In this document: positions 54,599 through 63,966 of the stretch, piece by piece
Layout of the letters: each line of letters starts with the position of its first letter
Position numbering within the stretch: position 1 is the stretch's first letter
Assembly (NCBI GenBank): GCA_963813075.1
Contig: CAWEXU010000031.1
Location: 202,582 to 266,581, forward strand
DNA: 64,000 bases
DNA from: Methanotrichaceae archaeon
GTDB lineage: Archaea; Halobacteriota; Methanosarcinia; Methanotrichales; Methanotrichaceae
Reading direction: 5' to 3'
Translations under genes and position numbers: made by a program
The notes under the pieces: generated by a model
Told to the model about the DNA's origin: nothing
Seen by the model: the letters and a program-made list of their open reading frames with translations, nothing else
Databases searched by the model: none

Positions 54599-54748
54599 CT
54601 ATTTTAATAAGGTTGAAATTGGGAAGAGACCCACAGGAAAAGTAATAAATGCTTGCAACGCGAAAGGGTATCGAAAAATGTCTGAGGATCTCTCAGGGAA
54701 AGGGTAATAGATGAGCATGTCTAAAAGACGGCCAATAGGAGAACTCGT

Positions 54749-54931
54749 ATGACAATGAAAGTAGAAATCAAGGATAACAAGCTCTTTATAGAAATTGACC
54801 TGGAAGAACCAACCCCATCGTCATCCGGCAAAACCCTTGTTGTTGCAAGTACACATGGGAATATCGTTACTGCCGCTAAAGTTAATGATAAGCCGATCAC
54901 CATCGGATTGAATGCTTATATTAAGCCTTGA
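54749..54931 (+). CDS. Small beta-rich hypothetical protein (60 aa)
   Basis: RBS aggaga; KLFIEIDL...PSSSGKTLVVASTHGN...IGLNAY. Confidence 0.7.
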   Translation: MTMKVEIKDNKLFIEIDLEEPTPSSSGKTLVVASTHGNIVTAAKVNDKPITIGLNAYIKP

Positions 54932-55341
54932 GCAACCGCAAAAGCTGCTCTATACCATGTGGCTGGCTCAGGTCGAGATGAAGGTAGGGGTGGGTTAAGT
55001 TTCTCGACCATTGAATCGAAATTTTCAGTTCTCGCCTTGGTTGCAGATCACGCCCAGGTTCTAATTGAGCGGCTTGAAGAATGGAATCATCAGGAATGCC
55101 GGGAAGGGCTGTAGCCTGCAACATTCTCCTTTTGAGAAAGAAGACCAGATTTATGGCCAGAAGCCTCGCAGATCTGGGCAAAAAACAGGCTCTTCGCTGT
55201 ATCGTAGTGGGTCGCGGGATAATTAACCCTGGTGGAATACGGAATAAAATCGCAGAGGCGCAGAGCGCACAGAGGATCATGAAAAAATGTCGAATTCCTG
55301 TGACTAGCGCCCGAACCCGCACCAAATAGCGAGGAGCCAAA

Positions 55342-55533
55342 TTTATGGGCAGGAGGCTCGCAGAGCTGGCCAAAAAAGCACTCCTGCGAGGCCTTCTACC
55401 CCTTGATGATCCCCTGGAGGCAGCGGTCTTCTCGGTGTTGGTGAAGTTGATGGAGATCTCGACAAGACGAACGAGAATGAGCAAAGCGCAGCTCTGCCTT
55501 GAAAACCTATATCAGCTCTCCCTTCGTTTATGA
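55342..55533 (+). pseudogene. Truncated paralog of the PolB2-associated small helical protein (60420..60728)
   Basis: GRRLAELAKK...LDDPLEAAVFSVLV shared at DNA and protein level. Confidence 0.75.
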
Positions 55534-55539
55534 CTGCAA

Positions 55540-56427
55540 ATGGCAATCCTTGTGGGAACTAGCGGCTGGTCTTACGATGATTGGGTTGGAGGATTCTACC
55601 CAATGAATCTGGCCAAGAAGAAGGACGAGTGGTTCTCCTACTATGCAAACTACTTTCAGACCGTGGAGATCAACAGCACCTTCTACCGCCCACCTGGAGA
55701 GCTTCAGGTCCAGTCCTGGATAAAAAAAGCCAGGGATCGGAAGGATTTCGAATACTCAGTCAAAGTGCCCCAGCTCGTCACCCATAAGGCGCTGGTAGAG
55801 AAGGATCTGGCGAAGGCCATATTCTGGGCTACCTCTTTCGAGAAGACCTGCGTGAAGCCCCTGGCGAATTCTGACCTCCTGGGAGGGGTGCTATTTCAGC
55901 TCTCACCCTATTTCAGGAATGCAGGCTCGGCCCTGGCCAGCCTGAAAGGCGTCCTGGATGCGGTCTCCTGTGAAAAGTATGACTACGCCGTGGAGTTCAG
56001 GCATCCCAGTTGGCTGGGAGAGGAAAAGAGAGAGATCGACCCCGCGACCCTGGAGGCGCTGAGTGAGAGGAATGTAGCCAATGTCCTGATCGACGGACCC
56101 GGTCTTCACATCGCCGCTGGGCCGACGGTCAATCATGCTTATCTCCGTTTTCATGGCCGGAATTATGATATCTGGTACAAAGGCGAGAAAGAGGATGACC
56201 ACAGGCTGGATAGATACGATTTTCTATACCATGCGGATCAGCTCGCGCCCTGGGTGCCTCTAATAAAGGATGCCGAGCTGAAGGCGGCCAAGGTGAGGAT
56301 CTATTTCAATAACCACGCCAGGGCTAAATCAGTGAGGAACGCCTTTCTGCTGATGGATATGCTCCATATAGAGCACAAGTCCAAGGAGATTCATCTGCAA
56401 GATCAGTTCACACTTGGGGAGTTCTGA
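55540..56427 (+). CDS. DUF72 (YecE) family protein
   Basis: GTSGWSYDDW.G.FYP, VEINSTFYRPP, EFRHPSW, YLRFHGRN, YFNNH. Confidence 0.93.
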   Translation: MAILVGTSGWSYDDWVGGFYPMNLAKKKDEWFSYYANYFQTVEINSTFYRPPGELQVQSWIKKARDRKDFEYSVKVPQLVTHKALVEKDLAKAIFWATSFEKTCVKPLANSDLLGGVLFQLSPYFRNAGSALASLKGVLDAVSCEKYDYAVEFRHPSWLGEEKREIDPATLEALSERNVANVLIDGPGLHIAAGPTVNHAYLRFHGRNYDIWYKGEKEDDHRLDRYDFLYHADQLAPWVPLIKDAELKAAKVRIYFNNHARAKSVRNAFLLMDMLHIEHKSKEIHLQDQFTLGEF

Positions 56428-56472
56428 CTTTTATACCTAAAAGAAGTGGCTGCAAAAGCAGTCTCGGACAAC

Positions 56473-57312
56473 TTATCGCACCGGATCCATTCCATGAGGT
56501 TGCCGTTTTCGGCCATACCTGAACCGGGCTAACGTCTCGGGCCCCCATAAGAACACCACGATTATGGCCGTGATGGTAATGAGCCCATAGGCAACAGCTG
56601 CATCGCCCAGCTCCAATGCGGAACGGCCGCCGGGAAACAGGCTCCTCCCCGTATTGGTCACGGCATGAAAGAGTATGGCCGCAAACACGCTACTTCCAGT
56701 GTTGTTATAGAGCCAGACGGTCAGGATCCGGAAACTAACGGTCAGTATGCTGCCCCATACAAACAACCCCGGTGCCATGCCCATTGAAATCATCGACGGC
56801 CAATGCCATACCGCATGAATCGACCCTATGATTATGCTGGCAGTCAGTGCGCTGTACAGGGCTTGCATGGGATCGGTGACGTACCCCGAATAGCCGATCT
56901 CTTCTAAAGCCGCAGCGAAGAAGAAAATCCCAAAGATAACCGGCGTCACGAGGGGCGGATTCCAAACGGCCGGGACCGGCAGCCCGACCAGACGCATCAC
57001 CCAGTAGGTCAGCACGTAGATGAGCGGCATCAAAAAAATGATGGGAACATACCAGATCTTCTGCCTGATCCTCTTATAATCGAAGGTTCTCTTCAACATC
57101 TTCCGTACCCCAAAAAGTCTCTCTTCCCTGTACACCAGGATCAGGGCCGCTACTGTCGGGGCAAAAGTGGCTGCAATGTCTGTAGCGGGAAGGTTATCCA
57201 CTGGAAGCTTAATCGGAAAGAGGATATTGAGTACCCAAAATGGGATGGAAAGAGCATATACCAATGCAAAGAAGAGAAAAGGTGACCTTTTTGACGATCC
57301 GCCAGCCTTCAT
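56473..57312 (-). CDS. CPBP/CAAX (Abi) intramembrane protease
   Basis: EEIGYSGY, WHWP, WLYNNTG.SV..AILFH. Confidence 0.9.
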   Translation of the reverse strand: MKAGGSSKRSPFLFFALVYALSIPFWVLNILFPIKLPVDNLPATDIAATFAPTVAALILVYREERLFGVRKMLKRTFDYKRIRQKIWYVPIIFLMPLIYVLTYWVMRLVGLPVPAVWNPPLVTPVIFGIFFFAAALEEIGYSGYVTDPMQALYSALTASIIIGSIHAVWHWPSMISMGMAPGLFVWGSILTVSFRILTVWLYNNTGSSVFAAILFHAVTNTGRSLFPGGRSALELGDAAVAYGLITITAIIVVFLWGPETLARFRYGRKRQPHGMDPVR

Positions 57313-57676
57313 GGCTTATATTCTCCTTCATATTAATTGGCTTTGATGGTATAAGAAAGTTCCTTTTATAGCGCGTGATCTTCCCATGAAGCCTTCACAT
57401 ACGGGCCAACCATCTGCTCTGCTTGAACCGGTTCGAATCCCCTCTGTCGCACATATGCAGCTTCCAGGATCCAAAGATGACCGGTGTCAGGAGGGGCGGA
57501 TTCCAGACGGTCGGGACCGGCAGCCCGACCAGACGCATCACCCAGTGGGCAGCACGTATATGAGCGGCATCGGAAAAATGATGGGAACGGCGCGAAAATG
57601 CCCCGCAGCTTGCATCGGGATGATCTGCCGCCGTTTGACATCAGCCCAGATGTACTGGACGCCTTATGATACCCCT

Positions 57677-58576
57677 TCAGAGCCATCCGATAGTAGCTAT
57701 GCCTCCTATTGTGAAGTGTTGAGTGACAATGAACTCACCATCAATAAACGCATCTACCTGCCAATTCCCCGGCATATTCTCAGGATGATGTCCCTCGATA
57801 TAAAGGAAAGAATATATATTATACCAAGCATACATATCTTCAGGGGAAGGGATTTCTCTATTCTCAATATGGAATAGGTTGCCATCAGGCGAGTACCATC
57901 TCCATTCAATTGCATGTCCCTCTTTGATATTTTCGAATTTAAGCCAGCAATAGACTCTGGCATCGGTCGAAGAGAATGAATTGGTTCTGGTTATTACATC
58001 GCTGCTTTCTTCATCGACCTCATTTGCTATCGCATAATCTACGGGGCGAATTGAACTTTGAGGCGAGGATTGACCCGGCGTCCGGCTCTTTTCTGACTCT
58101 GCTGTGTTTATCATAGCTTCTGGCACAATGCAATAGGCATAGGCTTTCTCATCCACGTAATCGACGTTCTCTACCTGGAGCCAGGCTGCGGTACCTTCAA
58201 CATAATAAGGAAGAGGACCTTCGGTAATGCCCACTATGTCTCCCGGTCCAAATTTGAGAATATGGTTCCTACCTGCCTTGAATTCATATGGACCCCACAC
58301 TTGCCAGACTCCAGCGGCCTGAGTCCACCAGGGTTTGCTTTCTTTGTCGATGACCGAGTAGACAACATAGATATCCCCCGGATTCTGAGCGCCGTCATTA
58401 AGCGGTTCAGGGTACGGGGTATACTCAAGCGGCCCATTGAATCCAATGCCATAAGAACTGCATGGTTCACAGATGGGGTTGTTTCCCTGCGGATTGTCCA
58501 CCCCAGCAGCCAAACCTATGCAGACAATAAACACAGTTATTAGTAACCTGATATATCTGATTTGCAATCTTATCAC
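57677..58576 (-). CDS. Secreted hypothetical protein
   Basis: Signal peptide; C-terminal EWRWYSPDG...PGNWQVDAFIDG Ig-like domain. Confidence 0.7.
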   Translation of the reverse strand: MIRLQIRYIRLLITVFIVCIGLAAGVDNPQGNNPICEPCSSYGIGFNGPLEYTPYPEPLNDGAQNPGDIYVVYSVIDKESKPWWTQAAGVWQVWGPYEFKAGRNHILKFGPGDIVGITEGPLPYYVEGTAAWLQVENVDYVDEKAYAYCIVPEAMINTAESEKSRTPGQSSPQSSIRPVDYAIANEVDEESSDVITRTNSFSSTDARVYCWLKFENIKEGHAIEWRWYSPDGNLFHIENREIPSPEDMYAWYNIYSFLYIEGHHPENMPGNWQVDAFIDGEFIVTQHFTIGGIATIGWL

Positions 58577-58736
58577 ACCTATTTCCAGTTAATACAGGAC
58601 TATTCTATTGGTGTCTCCATAGATATAGTCTTTGGATATTTTTTTAGATATAATTATGTGCGGCCACTCCGCTCTTTTAGGTGGATACTCCGAGCTTAAC
58701 GCCCGACGTTCTTGAATTCAGAATTCATCGAGTCTT

Positions 58737-59210
58737 CCGGTTCAAAACATCTCTGTCGCACATATGCAGCTTCCTCACCCAGTCTCATGTAGGTGTGGGC
58801 AAAAAACTGGTATGAGCGATTTGAGCAAAAGTAAATCATCCAGCCGGAAAGGCGGCCTGCGGGTTCTCTTCCACTATCACCCGCAGTAAATCCCGGTTTG
58901 CTTTCCCACCCGGCAGGACCAGAATAACATCGTTTTCAGTGCTCCGATCATAAGATGGAGCTGGACGACCATTCCTGAGCTGCTCAAAAAAGATTGTATC
59001 TATGCCTCTGGCGTGCGCTCAACGATTCCCACCCTCTTCAAAGCATTCGCAATAGAAGGATTGCGCGGCCTGCGTAGTGTGACCCGCAGGTTATCGAGCC
59101 GGACGCCTTCCGGAAAGCCGCCAGGATTCGATATCTCGATCTGGTCCTCATTGGCCAGCCCTTCCCGGAAAGCCTGCTCAGAGTAATCGGAGATTACGAT
59201 GCGAAGCCAG
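58737..59210 (-). pseudogene. Fragment of AlbA/HATPase_c_4 (RecG-C-like) ATP-binding protein; C-terminal piece displaced to 57366..57465
   Basis: FREGLAN, IEISNPGGFPEGV, PRNP.IA.ALKRVG.VER..RGID, EAAYVRQR.FEP. Confidence 0.75.
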
Positions 59211-59488
59211 ATAAGTTCAGAGTGTAAATCTCTTAACTACTACTACTGCAAGCCCCGGTGCTGCCATCAATAGATATAGCAGAGCCGTGGTTACTGCAAT
59301 CTTGACCTTCAAGCTCATATTTCGCTCACCTCCCTACTGAGTTATTAAAGTATATATTCTTCATGTTTGACTATTTTAAATTATCGGCATTACCAAATGC
59401 GAGGATTCTTGAAGGTTATACGCACCTACGAAATAGTTGGCATTGCTTCACTCATTGTCCACTCGGAGGGGTTCACTCCAATCCCATT

Positions 59489-59719
59489 TCACCCCTCCAG
59501 GCAAAACTCCCGTGGCCACAGCCCTCCTTCCTCCTCCTGAGGATGGACCTCCTCAAAACGATTCCGGATCATATCATCAACCTCCGAGATCCCGATCCTG
59601 AAGACCTCGGCCAGGATCTCCTTGGCCGCCTCCAGCTCCAGGACCTTAATGGGGATGAAATCAACCGACAAGATAGGTTGATTCTGAGACCGTCTCATGC
59701 GCTTCAGGACTCCTGCCAT
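59489..59719 (-). CDS. Small hypothetical protein divergent from the PolB2 cassette
   Basis: 76 aa ORF with ATG. Confidence 0.5.
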   Translation of the reverse strand: MAGVLKRMRRSQNQPILSVDFIPIKVLELEAAKEILAEVFRIGISEVDDMIRNRFEEVHPQEEEGGLWPREFCLEG

Positions 59720-59904
59720 GCTGGCAAATAGGCGGGATGGAATAAGTACTTTGGGCAGAAATCAATATCAAGCGACTATTTTTACCGCCGAGGGAATGGA
59801 CGACTAAGATAAAAACAAAGGATACAGATATGAAGTTGAATACATTTCACTAACACTTTCACCCCCCGCCCGGCTCGACATTTAATCTCAAGAGCAGCAC
59901 ATTC

Positions 59905-60423
59905 TTGAATATGATAATCGAACTCCTCCCAACGGTCTCCCTGATCCCCGAGACATTCAATGTCCTGCTGGCCCCAGCGGAGATGGTAGCCGGAGTGCTG
60001 AACAGCAACCTGAAACTGCAACGCTACAAGATCCTCTTCATCTGTGGCAACTACTCTCGCATCCTCAGCCGCCTCGATCGCAAATTCACCGAGCTGGATG
60101 TCCGCCGGGCTTTCACATCCTTCCAGCTTATGACCATCCTGGAAGAGAACCAGCACAGCTTCCTGATAATCGAGCACGACCCCCTCCTCTATGAAGATGC
60201 CACTGATATGGTGGAGTACGTGGCACAGGGCCTGAAACAGACCTCCAGGGAAGCTACGATCCTGCTGATTGCTCCGGCTCTAGACCCTCACCTCGAGAAG
60301 ATGACCGAGCTGGCAGACCGGGTGTTCTGCTTCTATGAAATGCCGAAAGCGCAGTCAAAAGCGCGGGCAAAGATCGATCTGAAGATGCCAGGAGCCCAGT
60401 CCACCCTGGAGGCGTACTCATGA
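59905..60423 (+). CDS. Inactivated RecA/RadA-like protein (PolB2-associated)
   Basis: No Walker A; VRRAFTSFQL and LIIEHD motifs; first gene of the polB2 cassette. Confidence 0.65.
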   Translation: MNMIIELLPTVSLIPETFNVLLAPAEMVAGVLNSNLKLQRYKILFICGNYSRILSRLDRKFTELDVRRAFTSFQLMTILEENQHSFLIIEHDPLLYEDATDMVEYVAQGLKQTSREATILLIAPALDPHLEKMTELADRVFCFYEMPKAQSKARAKIDLKMPGAQSTLEAYS

Positions 60424-60728
60424 TGGGCCGGAGCTTCGAGAGCGTGAGGATGAGCGTAAAGGACATCTCCGCCAGGTGGCTGAAGGCCAGCAGGGCTCTG
60501 AAGAAGGAAGACCAGGTTTATGGGCATAGGCTGGCGGAGATGGCCAGGAAGCATTCAAGCGAGGCCTTCTATGCGCTCGATGATCCGCTGGAGGCAGCGG
60601 TGTTCTCTGTGCTGGTGGAGCTATTGAAGGAGCTGGACTGCAGCGGCAGTAGCAACCGCAGCGACTGCAGCGACAGTAGCCACAGTAGCCACAGTAGCCA
60701 CAGTAGTGACAGCAGCCAGGAAGAATAG
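60420..60728 (+). CDS. Small helical PolB2-associated protein (arCOG07300-like) with Ser-rich repeat tail
   Basis: MGRSF.SVR...RALKKEDQ....L.EMA.KH; ATGA overlap; CAGTAGCCA tandem repeat. Confidence 0.75.
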   Translation: MMGRSFESVRMSVKDISARWLKASRALKKEDQVYGHRLAEMARKHSSEAFYALDDPLEAAVFSVLVELLKELDCSGSSNRSDCSDSSHSSHSSHSSDSSQEE

Positions 60729-60734
60729 AAATTT

Positions 60735-62717
60735 ATGTGGATCTTTGACTCATACTACAAGGGCTGCGTGGAGCTTTGGGGCAGAGAGAGAGGACTCAGC
60801 AGAGATAGCATCTCCTATCCGCCTTCGTTTTATATGCACCTTAAAGACCCTCCATCTCACCGGGAGATGATAGAAGCCCTGGAGAGCCGCTTTAAAACTG
60901 AGGAATGCAGCTTCAGGACTATCTTTGGGGCATTGCAGGGTTTCAGGATCTATGCCAATCGCAAAGTAGCTGAGAAGATCGAGATACAAACCCGCTACGA
61001 AGTCGAGCTTTACAACGTCGACATCCGCCAGGATCAGAGGTTCATGGCGGAACATGACATCTTTCCATGTGGATATCGGGACGAATCGAGGTTCTCTGCT
61101 GATTTTGAGGCCCCACTGACCGGATTGGAGATAAAGGTTGCTGGAGACCCTTCGACTCCCAGGGAGATCTCATGTGTGCAATGTGCGCAGATACTGGATG
61201 GCAGAAATGAAAATAGGAGAAATGGCAGAACGAGAATACTGAATGGACGGGAGAGGACGATCATCTCCGACTTCCAGGAGCTTATTAAATCCCATGACCC
61301 TGACCTGATCCTGCTCCCCTATGCAGACATATGGATTCCGCGGATCGTTCACAAGGCCAGCAGATACGGCCTGGAGCTGACCATAAGCCGTACTGGCTGG
61401 TTTAATCAGATGGCTTCCCGGTCTTACTGGAGCTATGGCAGGGCTGTCCATAAGGACGGAGCTATGATTCCTGAGGGCAGATTGCTGATCGACACTGCCA
61501 GGAGCTTTGTCTATTCACAGAGCGGTCTGAAAGGAGTTCTCATGGCCTCCAGGCTCTCCGGTCTGTCCCCAAACCTGACCTCCAGGTTCACTCCCGGCAC
61601 ACTCATATCAAGTTACGAAGTTTTTGAAGCACTGCGAAGAGGGGTGGCAGTCCCATTCAGGAAACGAGATACGGAAGGGGTAAGGAACATCTCGGAGCTG
61701 AGGGCCTGTGACAAAGGAGGCATGATATTCCAGCCAGAGCCTGGGGTATACGAGAAGGTGCATCAGATCGATTTCACATCGCTTTACCCCTCGATCATCG
61801 TCAAGTACAACCTCTCCCCGGAAACCATCGGACACCCGGATCAGGCAGGTTTTTTGAGCACAGTTATCTCCTCGCTGCTAAACCTGCGCATCAAGACCAA
61901 GAGGCTCAAGAAGACCGATCCGGATTACGCGGGCATAGACTCGATTCTTAAATGGATGCTCGTAACCTGTTTCGGCTATACTGGATACCGGAACGCCAAG
62001 TTCGGCCAGATCCAGGTCCATGAAAGAATCACCGCCATCTCCAGAGAGCTCTTGATGCAGATCAAGGAGCTTGCAGAAGATATGAACTTTGAGGTCCTGC
62101 ATGGCATTGTGGACTGCCTCTGGGTGATTGGCGAGCCGATATCTGACTTTAAGCAGGCGGTGGAAAAGAGTACCGGCATCCTTACTGAGGTGGACTCCTA
62201 TAATTGGATCGCCTTCCTGCCAATGGCCGATGGTTCAGGAGCCTACAACCGCTATTTCGGCAGACTGGATACTGGAAAGATGAAGATCAGGGGGGTGATG
62301 GCAAGGAAAGGAGACACACCCGATTATGTACGCCAAATGCAAATGGAGCTGTTCGAGGTTCTGGCTCAGGCTAGAAGTCAGGATGAGATTCTGAGGGTGA
62401 GACCAATGGCCTGTGATGTCCGGGAAAAGTACATGCAAGGGCTTGATGACGTGGATATAAGAGCGCTTGCCATTCACCGCCGATTGGGCAGAATTAGCTA
62501 TTCGAGAAGATGTGCTGAGGCATCGGCATTGAAAGCATATCAAAAAAGGGGAGTCCAATTAGCTCCCGGGATGGAAATTGGATATGTGGTGGGCGATTCT
62601 GCCAGCTGGGATGTGGATACTGAAATGGATGCATCCCGGTTTGATTCCAGGTACTACAGAAAGCTGCTGGAAAAGGCATGGGATGAAGTGGCATTCGTGA
62701 TGACGAAATCCAATTGA
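60735..62717 (+). CDS. polB2: Family B DNA polymerase, PolB2 group
   Basis: DFTSLYPSII, KWMLVTCFGYTG, degenerate motif C HGIVDC, degenerate exonuclease domain. Confidence 0.9.
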   Translation: MWIFDSYYKGCVELWGRERGLSRDSISYPPSFYMHLKDPPSHREMIEALESRFKTEECSFRTIFGALQGFRIYANRKVAEKIEIQTRYEVELYNVDIRQDQRFMAEHDIFPCGYRDESRFSADFEAPLTGLEIKVAGDPSTPREISCVQCAQILDGRNENRRNGRTRILNGRERTIISDFQELIKSHDPDLILLPYADIWIPRIVHKASRYGLELTISRTGWFNQMASRSYWSYGRAVHKDGAMIPEGRLLIDTARSFVYSQSGLKGVLMASRLSGLSPNLTSRFTPGTLISSYEVFEALRRGVAVPFRKRDTEGVRNISELRACDKGGMIFQPEPGVYEKVHQIDFTSLYPSIIVKYNLSPETIGHPDQAGFLSTVISSLLNLRIKTKRLKKTDPDYAGIDSILKWMLVTCFGYTGYRNAKFGQIQVHERITAISRELLMQIKELAEDMNFEVLHGIVDCLWVIGEPISDFKQAVEKSTGILTEVDSYNWIAFLPMADGSGAYNRYFGRLDTGKMKIRGVMARKGDTPDYVRQMQMELFEVLAQARSQDEILRVRPMACDVREKYMQGLDDVDIRALAIHRRLGRISYSRRCAEASALKAYQKRGVQLAPGMEIGYVVGDSASWDVDTEMDASRFDSRYYRKLLEKAWDEVAFVMTKSN

Positions 62718-62793
62718 AGCTATGCTATGTGAAGCTATGCCGTGAGCCTATTCAAACTTTTATAAAGGGAAAGCTTGAAGAGCATCTGAAAGG

Positions 62794-63492
62794 ATGAGCG
62801 AGCCCATGAGACTAAGATCTGCCATCTGTATCCTCTCCATTCTGCTCCTGATAGCCCTGGCCCTGGGGGCCCCAAATGAAGTCACAGGGCGAGTGGTTCT
62901 GGTTACCGATGGCGATACCTTTGATGTAAAGGTTCTGGAGCATGATGGCCGCATCTCGGAGGATACGATAAGAGTCAGGCTGGCAGATCTTGACGCTCCA
63001 GAGCTATATGGCGAGCGGGCCTGCGAAGAAGGCGAATGGGCGAGGGAGTACACCCATTCATGGCTGATGGGCAATATTGTGTCCCTTGATATCGACGACT
63101 TGAACGGCCAGGATGAATATGGTCGATGGATAGCTGTCTGCTACCTGGAAGATGGCAAAAACTTCAATAATATGCTGGTAGAATCAGGAAATGCAGCCAG
63201 GAAGGATTTCAGGAGCAATGAGTTCGATCCCTTTAGCTGGAGGGACATTGAGGTTAAGGGCGAGGCAGAAACAGAGAGTTCCAATGATATTGAATTTGAC
63301 CCTTCCCCGAGACTGGATCGAATAAGGCATCGAAAGACTGCACCCAGGGTCGACCGAGATGCCCTTCCGGAAGCTGGCCCCAAGATGGATGAGGAGGATT
63401 CAAGCCCCGGCGCGGACTATGGCCTTTGGGGGGTGCTGGCAGAGCTGATCAAAATGATTCTCCAGCTCATCAGTGGGCACCATAGCCTATAA
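62794..63492 (+). CDS. Secreted thermonuclease (SNase-like)
   Basis: VTDGDTF, VRLADLDAPE, DEYGR.IA, N.MLVESG.A. Confidence 0.9.
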   Translation: MSEPMRLRSAICILSILLLIALALGAPNEVTGRVVLVTDGDTFDVKVLEHDGRISEDTIRVRLADLDAPELYGERACEEGEWAREYTHSWLMGNIVSLDIDDLNGQDEYGRWIAVCYLEDGKNFNNMLVESGNAARKDFRSNEFDPFSWRDIEVKGEAETESSNDIEFDPSPRLDRIRHRKTAPRVDRDALPEAGPKMDEEDSSPGADYGLWGVLAELIKMILQLISGHHSL

Positions 63493-63507
63493 TGAAAGGT
63501 GAGTGTA

Positions 63508-63841
63508 ATGAAAAAACTCAACAGAAAGGATATTCATATATTGAAAAAGCTGGTCAAGCCGCACATAGAAGACCTGGAAAAGGGAGAACCGGGAGCTTGT
63601 GACATCGATCTCCAGATACTATATATCGGATAAAGAAGACTTCCAGGCAAGGCTGGAGAAGCTGCCTGATAAGGACCTCAAGTATCTGGCCGAGCGAGCC
63701 ATGGACGGCTCGGAATGCCTGCTGTGCATCGCACCGCAGTGTGCGGAGGTCTTTTTGGATGCAGCTGAAAGAAGGCTCTCGCCTGAGATTGCGGGCCGAT
63801 TAAGGGAGTCGAGAACGTCACCACCGGCTACAGGGATGTGA
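63508..63841 (+). CDS. Hypothetical protein; probable frameshift near 63597
   Basis: RBS aggtga, ATG 63508, continues into ORF 63599..63841 (ECLLC). Confidence 0.5.
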
Positions 63842-63966
63842 CCTGATCGGGTTCTGCTCAATGTATGTGATTGCCCTCAGGCTTCCAGAAGAAGAACCGG
63901 CCAAATACTTCTTGTCGGAGATGTCACGCCAACTGCTTAGAACTGCCTGCACACTCGACAGAATTA

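Noticed and set aside
54921..55484. 187-aa minus-strand ORF and 55081..55329
   Set aside because: Spans repeat and remnant DNA and has no protein-like features
57428..57452. tRNA 3' fragment/att site (GGTTCGAATCCC)
   Set aside because: The T-stem does not pair, it does not match tRNA-Ser, and it is explained as coding sequence (GFEP) of the split pseudogene
59217..59318. 33-aa minus-strand peptide MSLKVKIAVTTALLYLLMAAPGLAVVVVKRFTL with good RBS
   Set aside because: Looks like a signal-peptide remnant truncated at the pseudogene junction; no support for a functional product
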